Shown piece after piece: positions 13,955-25,826 of a stretch of 64,000 nt of DNA. A program made the position numbers and the translations under genes. The stretch lies in contig NC_086097.1 in the NCBI RefSeq assembly GCF_963921235.1, forward strand, positions 7,564,001-7,628,000. Reading direction: 5' to 3'. The DNA comes from Mobula hypostoma. Lineage: Eukaryota. Below the pieces are notes generated by a model. It saw only the letters and a list, made by a program, of their open reading frames with translations. It ran no database searches and was not told where the DNA came from. Positions within the stretch are counted from its first letter, which is position 1. Each line of letters opens with the position of its first letter.

Positions 13955-16763
13955 ACTAATTTGTGAGGGGGATGGGACCCAGAGCGATAGAGCAGTGAAA
14001 GAAGTGCATGGAGTAAAGCCAGATCTAACATACAGAGAGGCTTTGAGGAAAGAGAAGCAGAATAAACGGTGTAAAGACAGTAAGGTAGAAGGGCTGAAAT
14101 GTGTGTACCTCAATGCAAGAAGCATCAGGAACAAAGGTGATGAACTGAGAGCTTGGATACATACATGGAATTATGATGTAGTGGCCATTACAGAGACTTG
14201 GCTGGCACCAGGGCAGGAATGGATTCTCAATATTCCTGGATTTCAGTGCTTTAAAAGGGATAGGGAGGGCGGAAAAAGGGGAGGAGGGGTGGCATTACTG
14301 GTCAGGGATACTATTACAGCTACAGAAAGGGTGGGTAATGTAGCAGGATCCTCTTTTGAGTCAGTATGGGTGGAAGTCAGGAACAGGAAGGGAGCAGTTC
14401 CTCTACTGGGGGTATTCTATAGGCCCCCTGGTAGCTGCAGAGATACAGAGGAGCAGATTGGGAGGCAGATTTTGGAAAGGTGCAAAAATAACAAGGTTGT
14501 TATCGTGGGTGACTTTAACTTCCCTAATATTGATTGGCACCTGATTAGTTCCAAGGGTTTAGATGGGGCAGAATTTGTTAAGTGTGTCCAGGATGGATTC
14601 CTGTCACAGTATGTGGATAGGCCGACCAGGGGGAATGCCATGCTAGATCTAGTACTAGGTAATGAACCGGGTCAGGTCACAGATCTCTCAGTGGATGAGC
14701 ATCTGGGGGACAGTGACCACCGCTCCCTGGCCTTTATAATTATCATGGAAAATGATAGAATCAAAGAGGACAGGAACATTTTTAATTGGGGAAAGGCAAA
14801 TTATGAGGCTATAAGGCTAGAACTTGCAGGTGTGAATTGGGATGATGTTTTTGCAGGGAAATGTACTATGGACATGTGGTCGATGTTTAGAGATCTCTTG
14901 CGGGATGTAAGGGATAAATTTGTCCCGGTGAGAAAGATAAAGAATGGTAGGGTGAAGGAACCATGGGTGACAAGTGAGGTAGAAAATCTAGTCAGGTTGA
15001 AGAAGGCAGCATACATGAGGTTTAGGAAGCAAGGATCAGATGGGTCTATTGAGGAATATAGGGTAGCAAGAAAGGAGCTTAAGAAGGGGCTGAGAAGAGC
15101 AAGAAAGGGGCATGAGAAGGCCTTGGCGAGTAGGGTAAAGGAAAACCCCAAGGCATTCTTCAATTATGTGAAGAAAAAAAGGATGACAGGAATGAAGGTA
15201 GGACCGATTAGAGATAAAGGTGGGAAGATGTACCTGGAGGCTGTGGAAGTGAGCGAGGTCCTCAATGAATACTTCTCTTCAGTATTCACCAATGTGAGGG
15301 AACTTGATGATGGTGAGGACAATATGAGTGAGGTTGATGTTCTGGAGCATGTTGATATTAAGGGAGAGGAGGTGTTGGAGTTGTTAAAATATACTAGGAC
15401 ATATAAGTCCCCGGGGCCTGACGGAATATTCCCCAGGCTGCTCCACGAGGCGAGAGAAGAGAGTGCTGAGCCTCTGGTTAGGATCTTTATGTCCTCGTTG
15501 TCCACGGGAATGGTACCGAAGGATTGGAAGGAGGCGAATGTTGTCCCCTTGTTCAAAAAAGGTAGTAGGGATAGTCCGGGTAATTATAGACCAGTGAGCC
15601 TTATGTGTGTGGTGGGAAAGCTATTGGAAAAGATTCTTAGAGATAGGATGTATAGGCATTTAGAGAATCATGGTCTGATCAGGGACAGTCAGCATGGCTT
15701 TGTGAAGGGCAGATCGTGTTTAACAAGCCTGATAGAGTTCTTTGAGGAGGTGACTAGGCATATAGATGAGGGTAGTGCAGTGGATGTGATCTATATGGAT
15801 TTTAGTAAGGCATTTGACAAGGTTCCACACGGTAGGCTTATTCAGAAAGTTAGAAGGCATGGGATCCAGGGAAGTTTGGCCAGGTGGATTCAGAATTGGC
15901 TTGCCTGCAGAAGGCAGAGGGTGGTGGTGGAAGGAGTACATTCAGATTGGAGGATTGTGACTAGTGGTATCCCACAAGGATCTGTTCTGGGACCTCTACT
16001 TTTCGTGATTTTCATTAACGTCCTGGATATGGGGGTAGAAGGGTGGGTTGGCAAGTTTGCAGATGACACAAAGGTTGGTGGTGTTGTAGATAGTGTAGAG
16101 GATTGTCAAAGATTGCAGAGAGACATTGATAGGATGCAGAAGTGGGCTGAGAAGTGGCAGATGGAGTTCAACCCGGAGAAGTGTGAGGTGGTACACTTTG
16201 GAAGGACAAACTCCAAGGCAGAGTACAAAGTAAATGGCAGGATATCTGGTAGTATGGAGGAGCAGAGGGATCGCGGGGTACATGTCCACAGATCCCTGAA
16301 AGTTGCCTCACAGGTGGATAGGGTAGTTAAGAAAGCTTATGGGGTGTTAGCTTTCATAGGTCGAGGGATAGAGTTTAAGAGTTGCGATGTAATGATGCAG
16401 CTCTATAAAACTCTGGTTAGGCCACACTTGGAGCACTGTGTCCAGTTCTGGTCACCTCACTATAGGAAGGATGTGGAAGCATTGGAAATGGTACAGAGGA
16501 GATTTACCAGGATGCTGCTTGGTTTAGAAAGTATGCATTATGATCAGAGATTAAGGGAGCTGGGGCTTTACTCTTTGGAGAGAAGGAGGATGAGAGGAGA
16601 CATGATAGAAGTGTACAAGATAATAAGAGGAATAGATAGAGTGGATAGTCAGCGCCTCTTCCCCAGGGCACCACTGCTCAATACAAGGGGACGTGGCTTT
16701 AAGGTAAGGGGTAGGAAGGTTTTTTACTCAGAGAGTGGTTGGTGCGTGGAATGCACTGCCTGA
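13914..16763 (+). CDS. CR1 ORF2: apurinic-like endonuclease plus reverse transcriptase, C-terminus frameshifted
   Basis: APE motifs YLNARSI, ITETWL, YRPP, GDFN, LDLVL, SDH; RT motifs PGPDG, YRPVSL, QHGF, DFSKAFD, PQGSVLGP, FADD. A ~20 nt deletion near 16715 (compare 27550-27600) moves FFTQRVV out of frame. Confidence 0.9.
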   Translation: MQVGLIAWFRGGFKLICEGDGTQSDRAVKEVHGVKPDLTYREALRKEKQNKRCKDSKVEGLKCVYLNARSIRNKGDELRAWIHTWNYDVVAITETWLAPGQEWILNIPGFQCFKRDREGGKRGGGVALLVRDTITATERVGNVAGSSFESVWVEVRNRKGAVPLLGVFYRPPGSCRDTEEQIGRQILERCKNNKVVIVGDFNFPNIDWHLISSKGLDGAEFVKCVQDGFLSQYVDRPTRGNAMLDLVLGNEPGQVTDLSVDEHLGDSDHRSLAFIIIMENDRIKEDRNIFNWGKANYEAIRLELAGVNWDDVFAGKCTMDMWSMFRDLLRDVRDKFVPVRKIKNGRVKEPWVTSEVENLVRLKKAAYMRFRKQGSDGSIEEYRVARKELKKGLRRARKGHEKALASRVKENPKAFFNYVKKKRMTGMKVGPIRDKGGKMYLEAVEVSEVLNEYFSSVFTNVRELDDGEDNMSEVDVLEHVDIKGEEVLELLKYTRTYKSPGPDGIFPRLLHEAREESAEPLVRIFMSSLSTGMVPKDWKEANVVPLFKKGSRDSPGNYRPVSLMCVVGKLLEKILRDRMYRHLENHGLIRDSQHGFVKGRSCLTSLIEFFEEVTRHIDEGSAVDVIYMDFSKAFDKVPHGRLIQKVRRHGIQGSLARWIQNWLACRRQRVVVEGVHSDWRIVTSGIPQGSVLGPLLFVIFINVLDMGVEGWVGKFADDTKVGGVVDSVEDCQRLQRDIDRMQKWAEKWQMEFNPEKCEVVHFGRTNSKAEYKVNGRISGSMEEQRDRGVHVHRSLKVASQVDRVVKKAYGVLAFIGRGIEFKSCDVMMQLYKTLVRPHLEHCVQFWSPHYRKDVEALEMVQRRFTRMLLGLESMHYDQRLRELGLYSLERRRMRGDMIEVYKIIRGIDRVDSQRLFPRAPLLNTRGRGFKVRGRKVFYSESGWCVECTA

Positions 16764-19335
16764 GTCAGTGGTGGAGGCAGATACACTAGCGAAGTTTAAG
16801 AGACTACTAGACAGGTATATGGAGGAATCTAAGGTGGGGGCTTATATGGGAGGCAGGGTTTGAGGGTCGGCACAACATTGTGTGCCGAAAGGCCTGTACT
16901 GTGCTGTACTATTCTATGTTCTATGTTCTATGTATTGCCGCTTATCTGCGCCATCTTCTAACTCAACAGCTGAAACAAAAAATGGCAGATGCTGGAAGCC
17001 CGAAACAAAAGCACAGGGTGCTGGAAATGCTCAGCTTCTCTTGGGGGAGAAACAAAGTTGGTCCTTCAGATCAAGAACCCTTCCTCAAAACTGAAACAGC
17101 AAGCAGATGAATGTATTTTAAGTTGAAGAGATGAAGTGGAGGGACAGAGGGACAAGCATTGTCGAAATAACAATTGTTTTCATAGAGAAAGTTTGAAAAA
17201 TGATAGAAGCAAGTTGAAACGTAACAAATTGAAACAGAGGTCAAGGGTCAAGAATTAACTTTATTCACCACATATATTTACATATATTTTGAAATTGCTG
17301 TAGTGTGTCAGTCAGAATGCGACACGCAACAAAAATCTGAGTACCAGCTCTAAATCTTCTGCACAGTACTGTACATACACATATATATGTACATATATTC
17401 AGTATGGATATAAAATTAAATCAAATAAGTACTGCAAAAAGAAAGCAAAAGAAAAAAAAATTGTGAGGTACTGTTCATGTGTTCATTGTCCATTCAGAAA
17501 TCTGATGGTGGAGGGAAAGAAGCTGTTCCCAAAACATTTGAGTGTGTCTTCAGGCTCCTGTATCTCCTCCTTGATAGTAACAATGAGAAAGGGGCACTTT
17601 CTGGTTGATGGTGGTCCATAATGATAGATGTAACCTTTCTGAGGTATTGCCTTTTGAAGGTGTCCTTTTGTGTCTTGCTTTGAGAAGAACTCACTTTAGT
17701 CTTCAAGGATATCCATGAGCTTTTAGGCACCTGTTGCTTTAATTCTGTCCCATTCCCACTCAGTCCTCTCTGTCAGTGACCTTTTGTATTGCTCTAATAG
17801 TATCCAATGTTAGCTCAAGGAACAGCATCTCATCTTTCACAATATCAAGGATCAAGAATCATCTTTGTCTGCCCTATGCATTTACATGTATTGGGAATTT
17901 GCTGTGGTGTGTCGACGTGACATACACCAAAAAAAAAACAACATTCAACATTTATAAAGAATTTAAAAAAAAATAAAGTCGGAGGTTTGAAGTACAGATG
18001 CGGAAATAATGTGCATAAATACATAAACACTAGCATATATTTACAATGTAAACAACATTATTAAAAGTAGCTCAAAGTGCTTACAGTGCAGTGGGTGGGG
18101 TAGCTAGAATGGTTGGTCATATTAACTGCTTGCAGGAAAAAAAACATTTAAGTTGGTGTGGAATTCTTGTTTTAATAGCCTTACAGCACTTTCCAGAAGG
18201 TCTTACAGTATTTTCCAGAAGGGAGTTTTTGGAAAAGGCAGTTTGCAGGGTGGGTCATTCCACAATGATTTTCCCTGCTCTGAACACATCAAGTACTGCA
18301 GTGATGGTAGATGGCAGCCAGTGACTTTTTCTGCTGACTTGATAGTTTACTACAGTTTTCGTATATTGAGAGAGAATGCTGCACCAAACCAGACAGTAAT
18401 GGCTGATGTGAGAATGACAGTATGGAATTGCACCAGTATGTTCTGAAGCAGTGGACTTTTAACAATTGCCTCAAAAAGTACGTGCTCTCCAAGCCTTTTT
18501 GTTAATGAAGAAGATACGTTAGTTTTCAATCTTGGTCTGTCCTGTGTTTCTGTAATATCACACCGGAGGAATACTGTATCATTTCTTAATGCATGCATTA
18601 CTAAATGACAATAAAAGAGGACAGCGCATCCTCATAATCTAATCTAATCTAATATGGCTCTCCCACATGAGGTCCTGTGAAATAATGACTCCCAGGAACA
18701 TAAATATTAAAACATATTTCTTGAAACCCTCAGTATTTAAACAAGAGTTTAACAATTTCAGGTAAACACCCCTTCCACATTTTTGTTTGTTTATTAACAT
18801 ATGTAGCAGCATTGATGTTTCAATGGTCACTTTGGTCTGATTCTACTTTTTTATTTATTGATATCATTATCATTTTATCACTTTATCACTTTATCATTTT
18901 CTGTCAGAACCACCTCATATACAGAAGTTCCTATGCCTAATGTTAGTTTATGGACATACAATCAATCTATGTATTAAGCTATCTTATGCATTTATATTTA
19001 TTGTGTTTTTTTTAGTATTGTGTTCTTTATCTTACTGTTTTTTTGTGTAGCAACAGAGCTGGAGTAACAATTAATTCATTCTCCTTGACACTTGTGTACT
19101 GGAAATGACATTAAATATTAAACAATCTTGAATCTTGAATCTGGAATCATGTACAACTGAGGCATATACAGTACCTCCAGGTCAATTAATAATATTTGCT
19201 TTATCACCAGGTGCCAGAAAAGGGTCAGTAACATCATGAAGGATCCCACCCACCCTGCTCATGGACTGTTTGTCCCTCTCCCATCAGGGAGGAGATGACG
19301 TAGCATCCACGCCACGACCACCAGACTCAAAAATA

Positions 19336-19480
19336 CAAAACAATCTGCAGATTCCGGAAATCCAAGGCAACACGCACTACATGCTGGAGGAACGCAGCAG
19401 GCCAGGCAGCATCTATGGAAAAGAGTAGTCAATGTTTCAGGTCAAGACCCTCCGTCAGGACTCAAAAGATTCAAAAATTA
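19336..19480 (-). mobile_element. Single-arm Penelope pLTR insertion inside a Rex-type fragment
   Basis: Same pLTR sequence; flanked by the 13-bp direct repeat agactcaaaaata at 19323-19335 and 19481-19493. Confidence 0.65.
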
Positions 19481-19639
19481 AGACTCAAAAATAGTTACTT
19501 TCCCCAAGCAGTAAGGCTGATCAACACCTCCACCAACTAACACATCCCTCACACACATCCAACCACCACTATTTTATCATTTCCTGTCAGAGTCACTTCA
19601 CGGACAATCACTCCTGTGCCTAGCATCACTTTATTGAAT

Positions 19640-19902
19640 GATTGAGATATAGCACAAAATAAGCCCTTCGAGTCACACCACCCAACAATCCCCCGATGTA
19701 AACCTAGCCTAATCAGAGGACAATTTACAATGACCAATTAACCTACCGACTGCTGTGCCATTGGACTGCAGGAGGAAACTGGAGCACCTGGAGGAAACCC
19801 ATGAGGTCACACGGAGAACGTACAGACTCCTCTCAGGCAGTGGCGGGAAATGAACCTGGATTGCTGATACTATAAAGAATTGTGTTAATCACTATGCTAT
19901 TG
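19640..19902 (-). mobile_element. tRNA-derived SINE (HE1/V-SINE-like)
   Basis: Reverse complement of the 3134 family; partial copies at ~2605-2830(+), 9920-10075(+), 40320-40700(-), 47970-48220(-), 50140-50310(-), 50770-50950(+). Confidence 0.75.
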
Positions 19903-22119
19903 TCTGACACAGAATCAATCTTTATGTATAAGCAATCTTATGTATTTATATTAATTGTGCTTTATTTTAGTATTGTGTTTTTATTTGTGCCGCATCCGAT
20001 CTGGTGAAACAATTATTTCATTCTTCTTTACATTAGTGTATTGGAAGTGGCATTAAACAATCTTGAATCTTGTGAAGAGAACTGTAAAATCAATAGATAG
20101 TGTGAATCTCGAGGGAAATGATGATAAAATGGAACAACTTGCACACAAACTGCTACCAAAAGGCTAAAAATGATACAGGAAGTTAGCCAGACCACACAGC
20201 AAGCGGTCTAATCAAAAGGAGCATGTACTAGAAGCTAAGAGAAACAAGAGCACTTTTCTCTATCCCACAAGGGAAACACATCGAACATCTGTCCAAGTTG
20301 ACAGGATGTTTTCAAGTGAGCCACACATGCATATCTAGTGTTGCACTGCCCCAGAGTAGACCACATGTCAACACTGGACAATATACACCAGTTAAGATAT
20401 ATCAAGTCCACCTTATTTTCAAAATGCCTACAACCTAAATCAGAGGGCTACCCTGCATCAACAACAGAAACTGCTCCAGGCATGAATTCTCTCAAGAGCT
20501 TTTATAAAGTTCACAAATTAAATATATCTGTGATTCATTCAGGTTACATTGCAATGGCAGAAATGAAGCATGTATGCTTCAACTTAAAGTTCGAATTAAA
20601 TTTATGATTAAAGTACATATGTGTAACTATATACAAAGCTGAGATTCATTTTCCTACAGGCATTGGCAGTAAACACAATAGAATCAATGAAAGACTGCGT
20701 ATAACAAGACGGACAAGCAACCAGTGTGCAAAAGACAACAAAATGTGAAAATACAAAAAGAAAAATCATAATAATGATAAATAATTAAATAAGCAAGTGA
20801 TTTTGAGAATACAAGATGAAAAGTCCTTGAAAGTGAGTCCATAGGTTGTGGAAACAGTTCAGTGATGGGTTGAGTGAAGTCATCCTCTTCTGGTACAAGA
20901 GACTGATGGCTGAGGGGTAATAATAGTTCCTGAACCTGGTGGTGGGGGTCCTGAAGCTCCTTCTTGATTCAGCAGCGAGAAGAGGGCACGGCCTCTGTAA
21001 ACTTAAGTTTCCAGATTAATCCATTAAACTGAAAATTGACCTAACAATTGTTTTTATAGCTTCAACCCCATGCATTCAATTAAGTCATCTTAGCTTTTAT
21101 TTTACAATTGCTAGTCAATTTTTTCCATATCCAATCTCTCCCATTCTCACATAGGTCATTGCAAGCTGGTTATAAAACACACCAGGGTTGAAATTCATTC
21201 TGCTACAGAAATATTAAAAGTGTAATTTACAATGAAACTCTGATAATCAGCTTATTGACCATTTGGAAGTTCTTATGGTTTGGCATCTGCTTTGTCATGA
21301 GTTGTTAAAATTTCCATTCACTCAGGCTCCAGTTCCTGTATTCCCCATCTACTCACTGGGAGCTCAGTTTCTGCACTCCTCATCCATGCACTCGTGATTG
21401 GTATTGTCTGTCCAGGGCCACGGGGCTTTTTTTTGCCAAGCTCAGCTTTCTAGCATAGCAGCTGAAACTTGTAGAGAACACAGACTTGTTTTTAATTAAG
21501 TTAAATGTCCAACCAATATTCTTTGTTCTGCTTCTTCCCGTAAATGGAGGCCAGATATCAGTTCTTAATGCAGATAGCTAACAATAAGCATTCTGAAGTT
21601 AAAAAGTCAGCTTTGCAAGCGAACAGTATTGTCTGCAGAGCACAGGGTGCTGGGCTACTGGCCTACGCATGGGGTTGGTTGCAGTGTAAAATAATGGGTT
21701 TTGTTAACTGGCCTGTTTCAAACCAGACAACACTAGCTAAGGTATTTAGTCGAAAGAAGCTTACAGACCAGATTGATACTACCACTTAGCACATCAGATA
21801 GCTAATATATTAATCGTTGAAAGTCAGCCTACACAGCATTAACTGTGGGTTTTTGGGAACTCTGTCCCCAGAAGCTTTTAGACCACTTTTGTAAAAAAAG
21901 GTATCTGAAAAAAATATTACACATGTAAAGCTATTCAAGAGACAACAAAAAAAAACAGTATAACTGTAAGAGAGCAGTCAGGCTTGTTAGGAATGGGCAA
22001 GGAACAGGAAGAAGAATGGCAGAAAGACAGGGTGACTAGAATTCGTTCCTGTGCCTTTGATTAATGTGACAAATGATTTGTTCACCTGCAATGAATTGGT
22101 AATTTTTCTCAAGATTATA

Positions 22120-22452
22120 CACGATACTGAGGTACATCCTCGGGTGTGCTGGGCCACATCATCAGTGAGGTCATCAGATGTTCCGGGTCTTTCAGCTTCA
22201 GACACTCTCATCCAAGCGACCCAGCCAGGGTTGATCAGATACCTCTTGATCCTCAGCCATCTGGATGCTCACTCAGCAGCCTCTGTGACAGTCCCGATGG
22301 CTCTATTCTTTGCAACCCTCATATTGCCAAGGAGAGAACAGGTTCTGCAGAGTGAGCAGCCAACAAAACTTCTACACCCATCCTCTTACTCCGCCTCGTG
22401 TTCTCCAGCCCTGCCTCTGGCACTCCTCTACCAGCTCCGAGTATTTTGTTTT
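22120..22452 (-). mobile_element. Second, older HERO-like RLE 3' fragment
   Basis: Minus strand reads KYSELVEECQRQGWRT...GCRSFVG...AIGTVTEAAE*ASRWL; 3' UTR aligns with 1390-1520. Confidence 0.7.
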
Positions 22453-22904
22453 CTTACACTCAAACACCTTTGCAATATGGTCTTCCCAAACAACTATTAA
22501 TTGTCAATTATACTTGTTGTTTGGAAATCCTTTGTGTTTTAGAAATCATTAGTTATTTGGAAACCTTAGAGAAGATAGAAATCCAGTGTGTTTTATCTGG
22601 ATTTTATTTGGATTTGGATTTAAATGTGTATCACTAAACTACTTTACTACTTTGCTAGCTGGAAGTATCTTCTCCTTTATGGGGGGGCGGGGGGTGGAGT
22701 GGGTATTGGCTGCTAAACTTGCCATGGAGGATAAACAGGGAAATTAGTTAGCCTTTACATGATGGTTATCTCTATGGCTCTGAGGCTATGAAGACTGCCC
22801 CAGCTGCTGTGCTCTGTGCGTGCGAATATGATGAACTAATAAGCTATACTTTGGGCCTATTCCAGGCTGTTCTGGGGTTTAGATCTCAGAAATCGATTTT
22901 AGAC

Positions 22905-23700
22905 CTTAAGGCCATAAGACATAGGAGCAAAATTAGGCCATCTGGCCCATCGAGTCTGCTCTGCCATTCAATCATGGCCACATGTTTTTTTTTATCTCCT
23001 CCTCAACCTCAGTTCACGGCCTTCTCCTCATAACCTTTGATGCCTTGTCCAATCAAGAATCTATCAATCTCTGCCTTAAGTACACCCAACAACCTGGCCT
23101 CCACAGTTGCATGTGGCAACAAATTCTACAAATTCACCACCCTTTGGCTAAAGAAATTTCTCCGCATCTCTGTTTTGAAAGAGCACACCTCTATCCTGAG
23201 GCTGTGCCCTCTTGTCCTAGACTCTCCCACCATGGGAAACATTCTTTCCACATCTAATCAGTCTAGGCCCTTCAACATTTGAAAGGTTTCAATGAGATCT
23301 CCCCTCATCCTTCTGAATTCCAGCAAGTACAGCCCCAGAGCCATCAAATGTTCCTTGTATGATAACCCTTTCATTCCTGGAATCATCCTTGGGAATCTCC
23401 TCTGAACCCTCTCCAATGCCAGCACATCTTTTCTAAGATGAGGAGCCCAAAACTGTTCACAATACTCAAGGTGAGACCTCACCAGTGCCTTATAAAGCCT
23501 CAGCATCACATCCTTGCTCTTGTATTCTAGACCTCTTGAAATGAATACTAACATGGCATTTGCCTTCCTCACCACCAACTCAACCTGCAAGTTAACCTTC
23601 AGGGTGTTCTGCACAAGAACTCCCAAGTTCCTCTGCATCTCAGCTTCCTGGATTTTCTCCCCGTTTAGAAAATAGTCTGCACATTAATTTCTACTACCAA
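22905..23700 (-). mobile_element. CR1 3' fragment
   Basis: ORF 23258..23638 KANAML...HLEYCEQFWAP; cataagac tail. Confidence 0.88.
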
Positions 23701-24239
23701 ATTTTGGTTCGGAATGCTGCTGTTTACTTCAATTATTTGCATGATTTTTTTATTTACATGATTTATTATCGAATGTTGGTCTTTTATTTTCACTTTTATT
23801 CTTTTTTTTCTTTAATTGGGTTTCTTTTTTTGTGGCTACCTGTGATCAAGCAAATCTCAAGGTTGCATAATTTATACATTCTTTGATAATAAATTACCTT
23901 GAATCAGAATCTTGAATCTTTGAAGAGTAGGTGGCAAAAGTATAAACTCCATTTAGTGAGGGTACCAACAGCTATCTACTTCACATAGGGCTTAAGGTCT
24001 TCATTTGAGTTTGGAACTTCGCCGTCAGCAAACCCAACCCTATCACACACTGATGCCTGTGTTCTGATTCTCCCCATCCACTTACTGGGGCATCAGTTCC
24101 TGGTGTTTTCCATCTACTTGCTGGGGCCTCAGTTCTTTTGCTTGTTGTCCACTCATTGGGACCCCAGTTTCTGCACTCCCTTCGAGCTCAACTTTTGATT
24201 GCGTTCTCTTAATTCTTACTGGATTTGCTGATATGTTAC

Positions 24240-24662
24240 AGAGTAACTGCTCTCCCCAAACAGATCCTTTATACCCAGTTGAAGAAACATCGGTGAGCCC
24301 CTGGGGAGAAAAGAAAATGCTTCAAAGATAACACCAAGATCAGCCTGAAGGAATTCAACATTACATCTAAAAACTGGAAAGACATTGCACTCAACAGAGA
24401 AAATCTGTTCAAGTAGGAACTATGCTAGACGAGAGCGACCTCCGCTGAACCGCAGGTAACAAGTGGCAGCTGCAAAAGCAGTGACAGGACAAAGAAAAGA
24501 GCCAACACTAACCACAGCCACCAGTTATTCTTGCCCCTTCTGCACCAGAATACAATCCCCAATTGGCCTCTACAGCCACCTGAGGACCCACGAATAGACA
24601 ACCTCTTTGGAGAACTTCATACTTGACCTGAATGATTGCACTACTATTACTATTACTACTAG
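24240..24662 (+). mobile_element. RTE-clade LINE 3' fragment
   Basis: LPKQILYTQL...CFKDNTKISLK...WKDIALNR and a terminal C2H2-like CPFCTR...IGLYSHLRTH; (tac/tat)n tail. Confidence 0.7.
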
Positions 24663-24696
24663 TGTAACATCTTTTAATGAAACAATTAAATGTATT

Positions 24697-25826
24697 ATAG
24701 AAACATAGAAACATAGAAAATAGGTGCAGGAGTAGGCCATTCGGCCCTTCGAGCCTGCACCACCATTTATTATGATCATGGCTGATCATCCAACTCAGAA
24801 CCCCGCCCCAGCCTTCCCTCCATACCCCCTGACCCCTGTAGCCACAAGGGCCATATCTAACTCCCTCTTAAACATAGCCAATGAACTGGCCTCAACAGTT
24901 TGCTGTGGCAGAGAATTCCACAGATTCACCACTCTCTGTGTGAAGAAGTTTTTCCTAATCTCGGTCCTAAAAGGCTTCCCCTCTATCCTCAAACTGTGGC
25001 CCCTCGTTCTGGACTTCCCCAACATCGGGAACAATCTTCCTGCATCTAGCCTGTCCAATCCCTTTAGGATCTTATACGTTTCAATCAGATCCCCCCCTCA
25101 ATCTTCTAAATTCCAACGAGTACAAGCCCAGTTCATCCAGTCTTTCTTCATATGAAAGTCCTGCCATCCCAGAAATCAATCTGGTGAACCTTCTTTGTAC
25201 TCCCTCTATGGCAAAGATGTCTTTCCTCAGATTAGGGGACCAAAACTGCACACAATACTCCAGGTGTGGTCTCACCAAGGCCTTGTACAACTGCAGTAGT
25301 ACCTCCCTGCTCCTGTACTCGAATCCTCTCGCTATAAATGCCAGCATACCATTTGCCTTTTTCACCGCCTGCTGTACCTGCATGCCCACTTTCAATGACT
25401 GGTGTATAATGACACCCAGGTCTCGTTGCACCTCCCCTTTTCCTAATCGGCCACCATTCAGATAATAATCTGTTTTCCTATTTTTGCCACCAAAGTGGAT
25501 AACTTCACATTTATCCACATTAAATTGCATCTGCCATGAGTTTGCCCACTCACCCAACCTATCCAAGTCACCCTGCATCCTCTTAGCATCCTCCTCACTG
25601 CTAACACTGCCACCCAGCTTCGTGTCATCCGCAAACTTGGAGATGCTGCATTTAATTCCCTCATCCAAGTCATTAATATATATTGTAAACAACTGGGGTC
25701 CCAGCACTGAGCCTTGCGGTACCCCACTAGTCACCGCCTGCCATTCTGAAAAGGTCCCGTTTATTCCCACTCTTTGCTTCCTGTCTGCTAACCAATTCTC
25801 CACCCACACCAATACCTTACCCCCAA
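24697..25826 (-). mobile_element. Young CR1 3' fragment (RT C-half plus 3' UTR)
   Basis: PQGSVLGP, FADD, RPHLEYCVQFW, FFTQRVV; one frameshift in the C-run at ~25091; (catagaaa)n tail. Confidence 0.92.

Larger units (their letters stand above)
13440..16933 (+). mobile_element. Young 5'-truncated CR1-clade LINE (ORF1 C-terminus, ORF2, 3' UTR, (TTCTATG)n tail)
   Basis: SGNH ORF followed by an APE+RT ORF; ends in tattctatgttctatgttctatgt; no clear TSD. Confidence 0.95.

Noticed and set aside
20060..20520. Possible coding or transposase remnant
   Set aside because: No recognisable motif in any frame
22051..22500. 149-aa plus-strand ORF as a host gene exon
   Set aside because: It is the antisense of a decayed HERO-like RLE fragment
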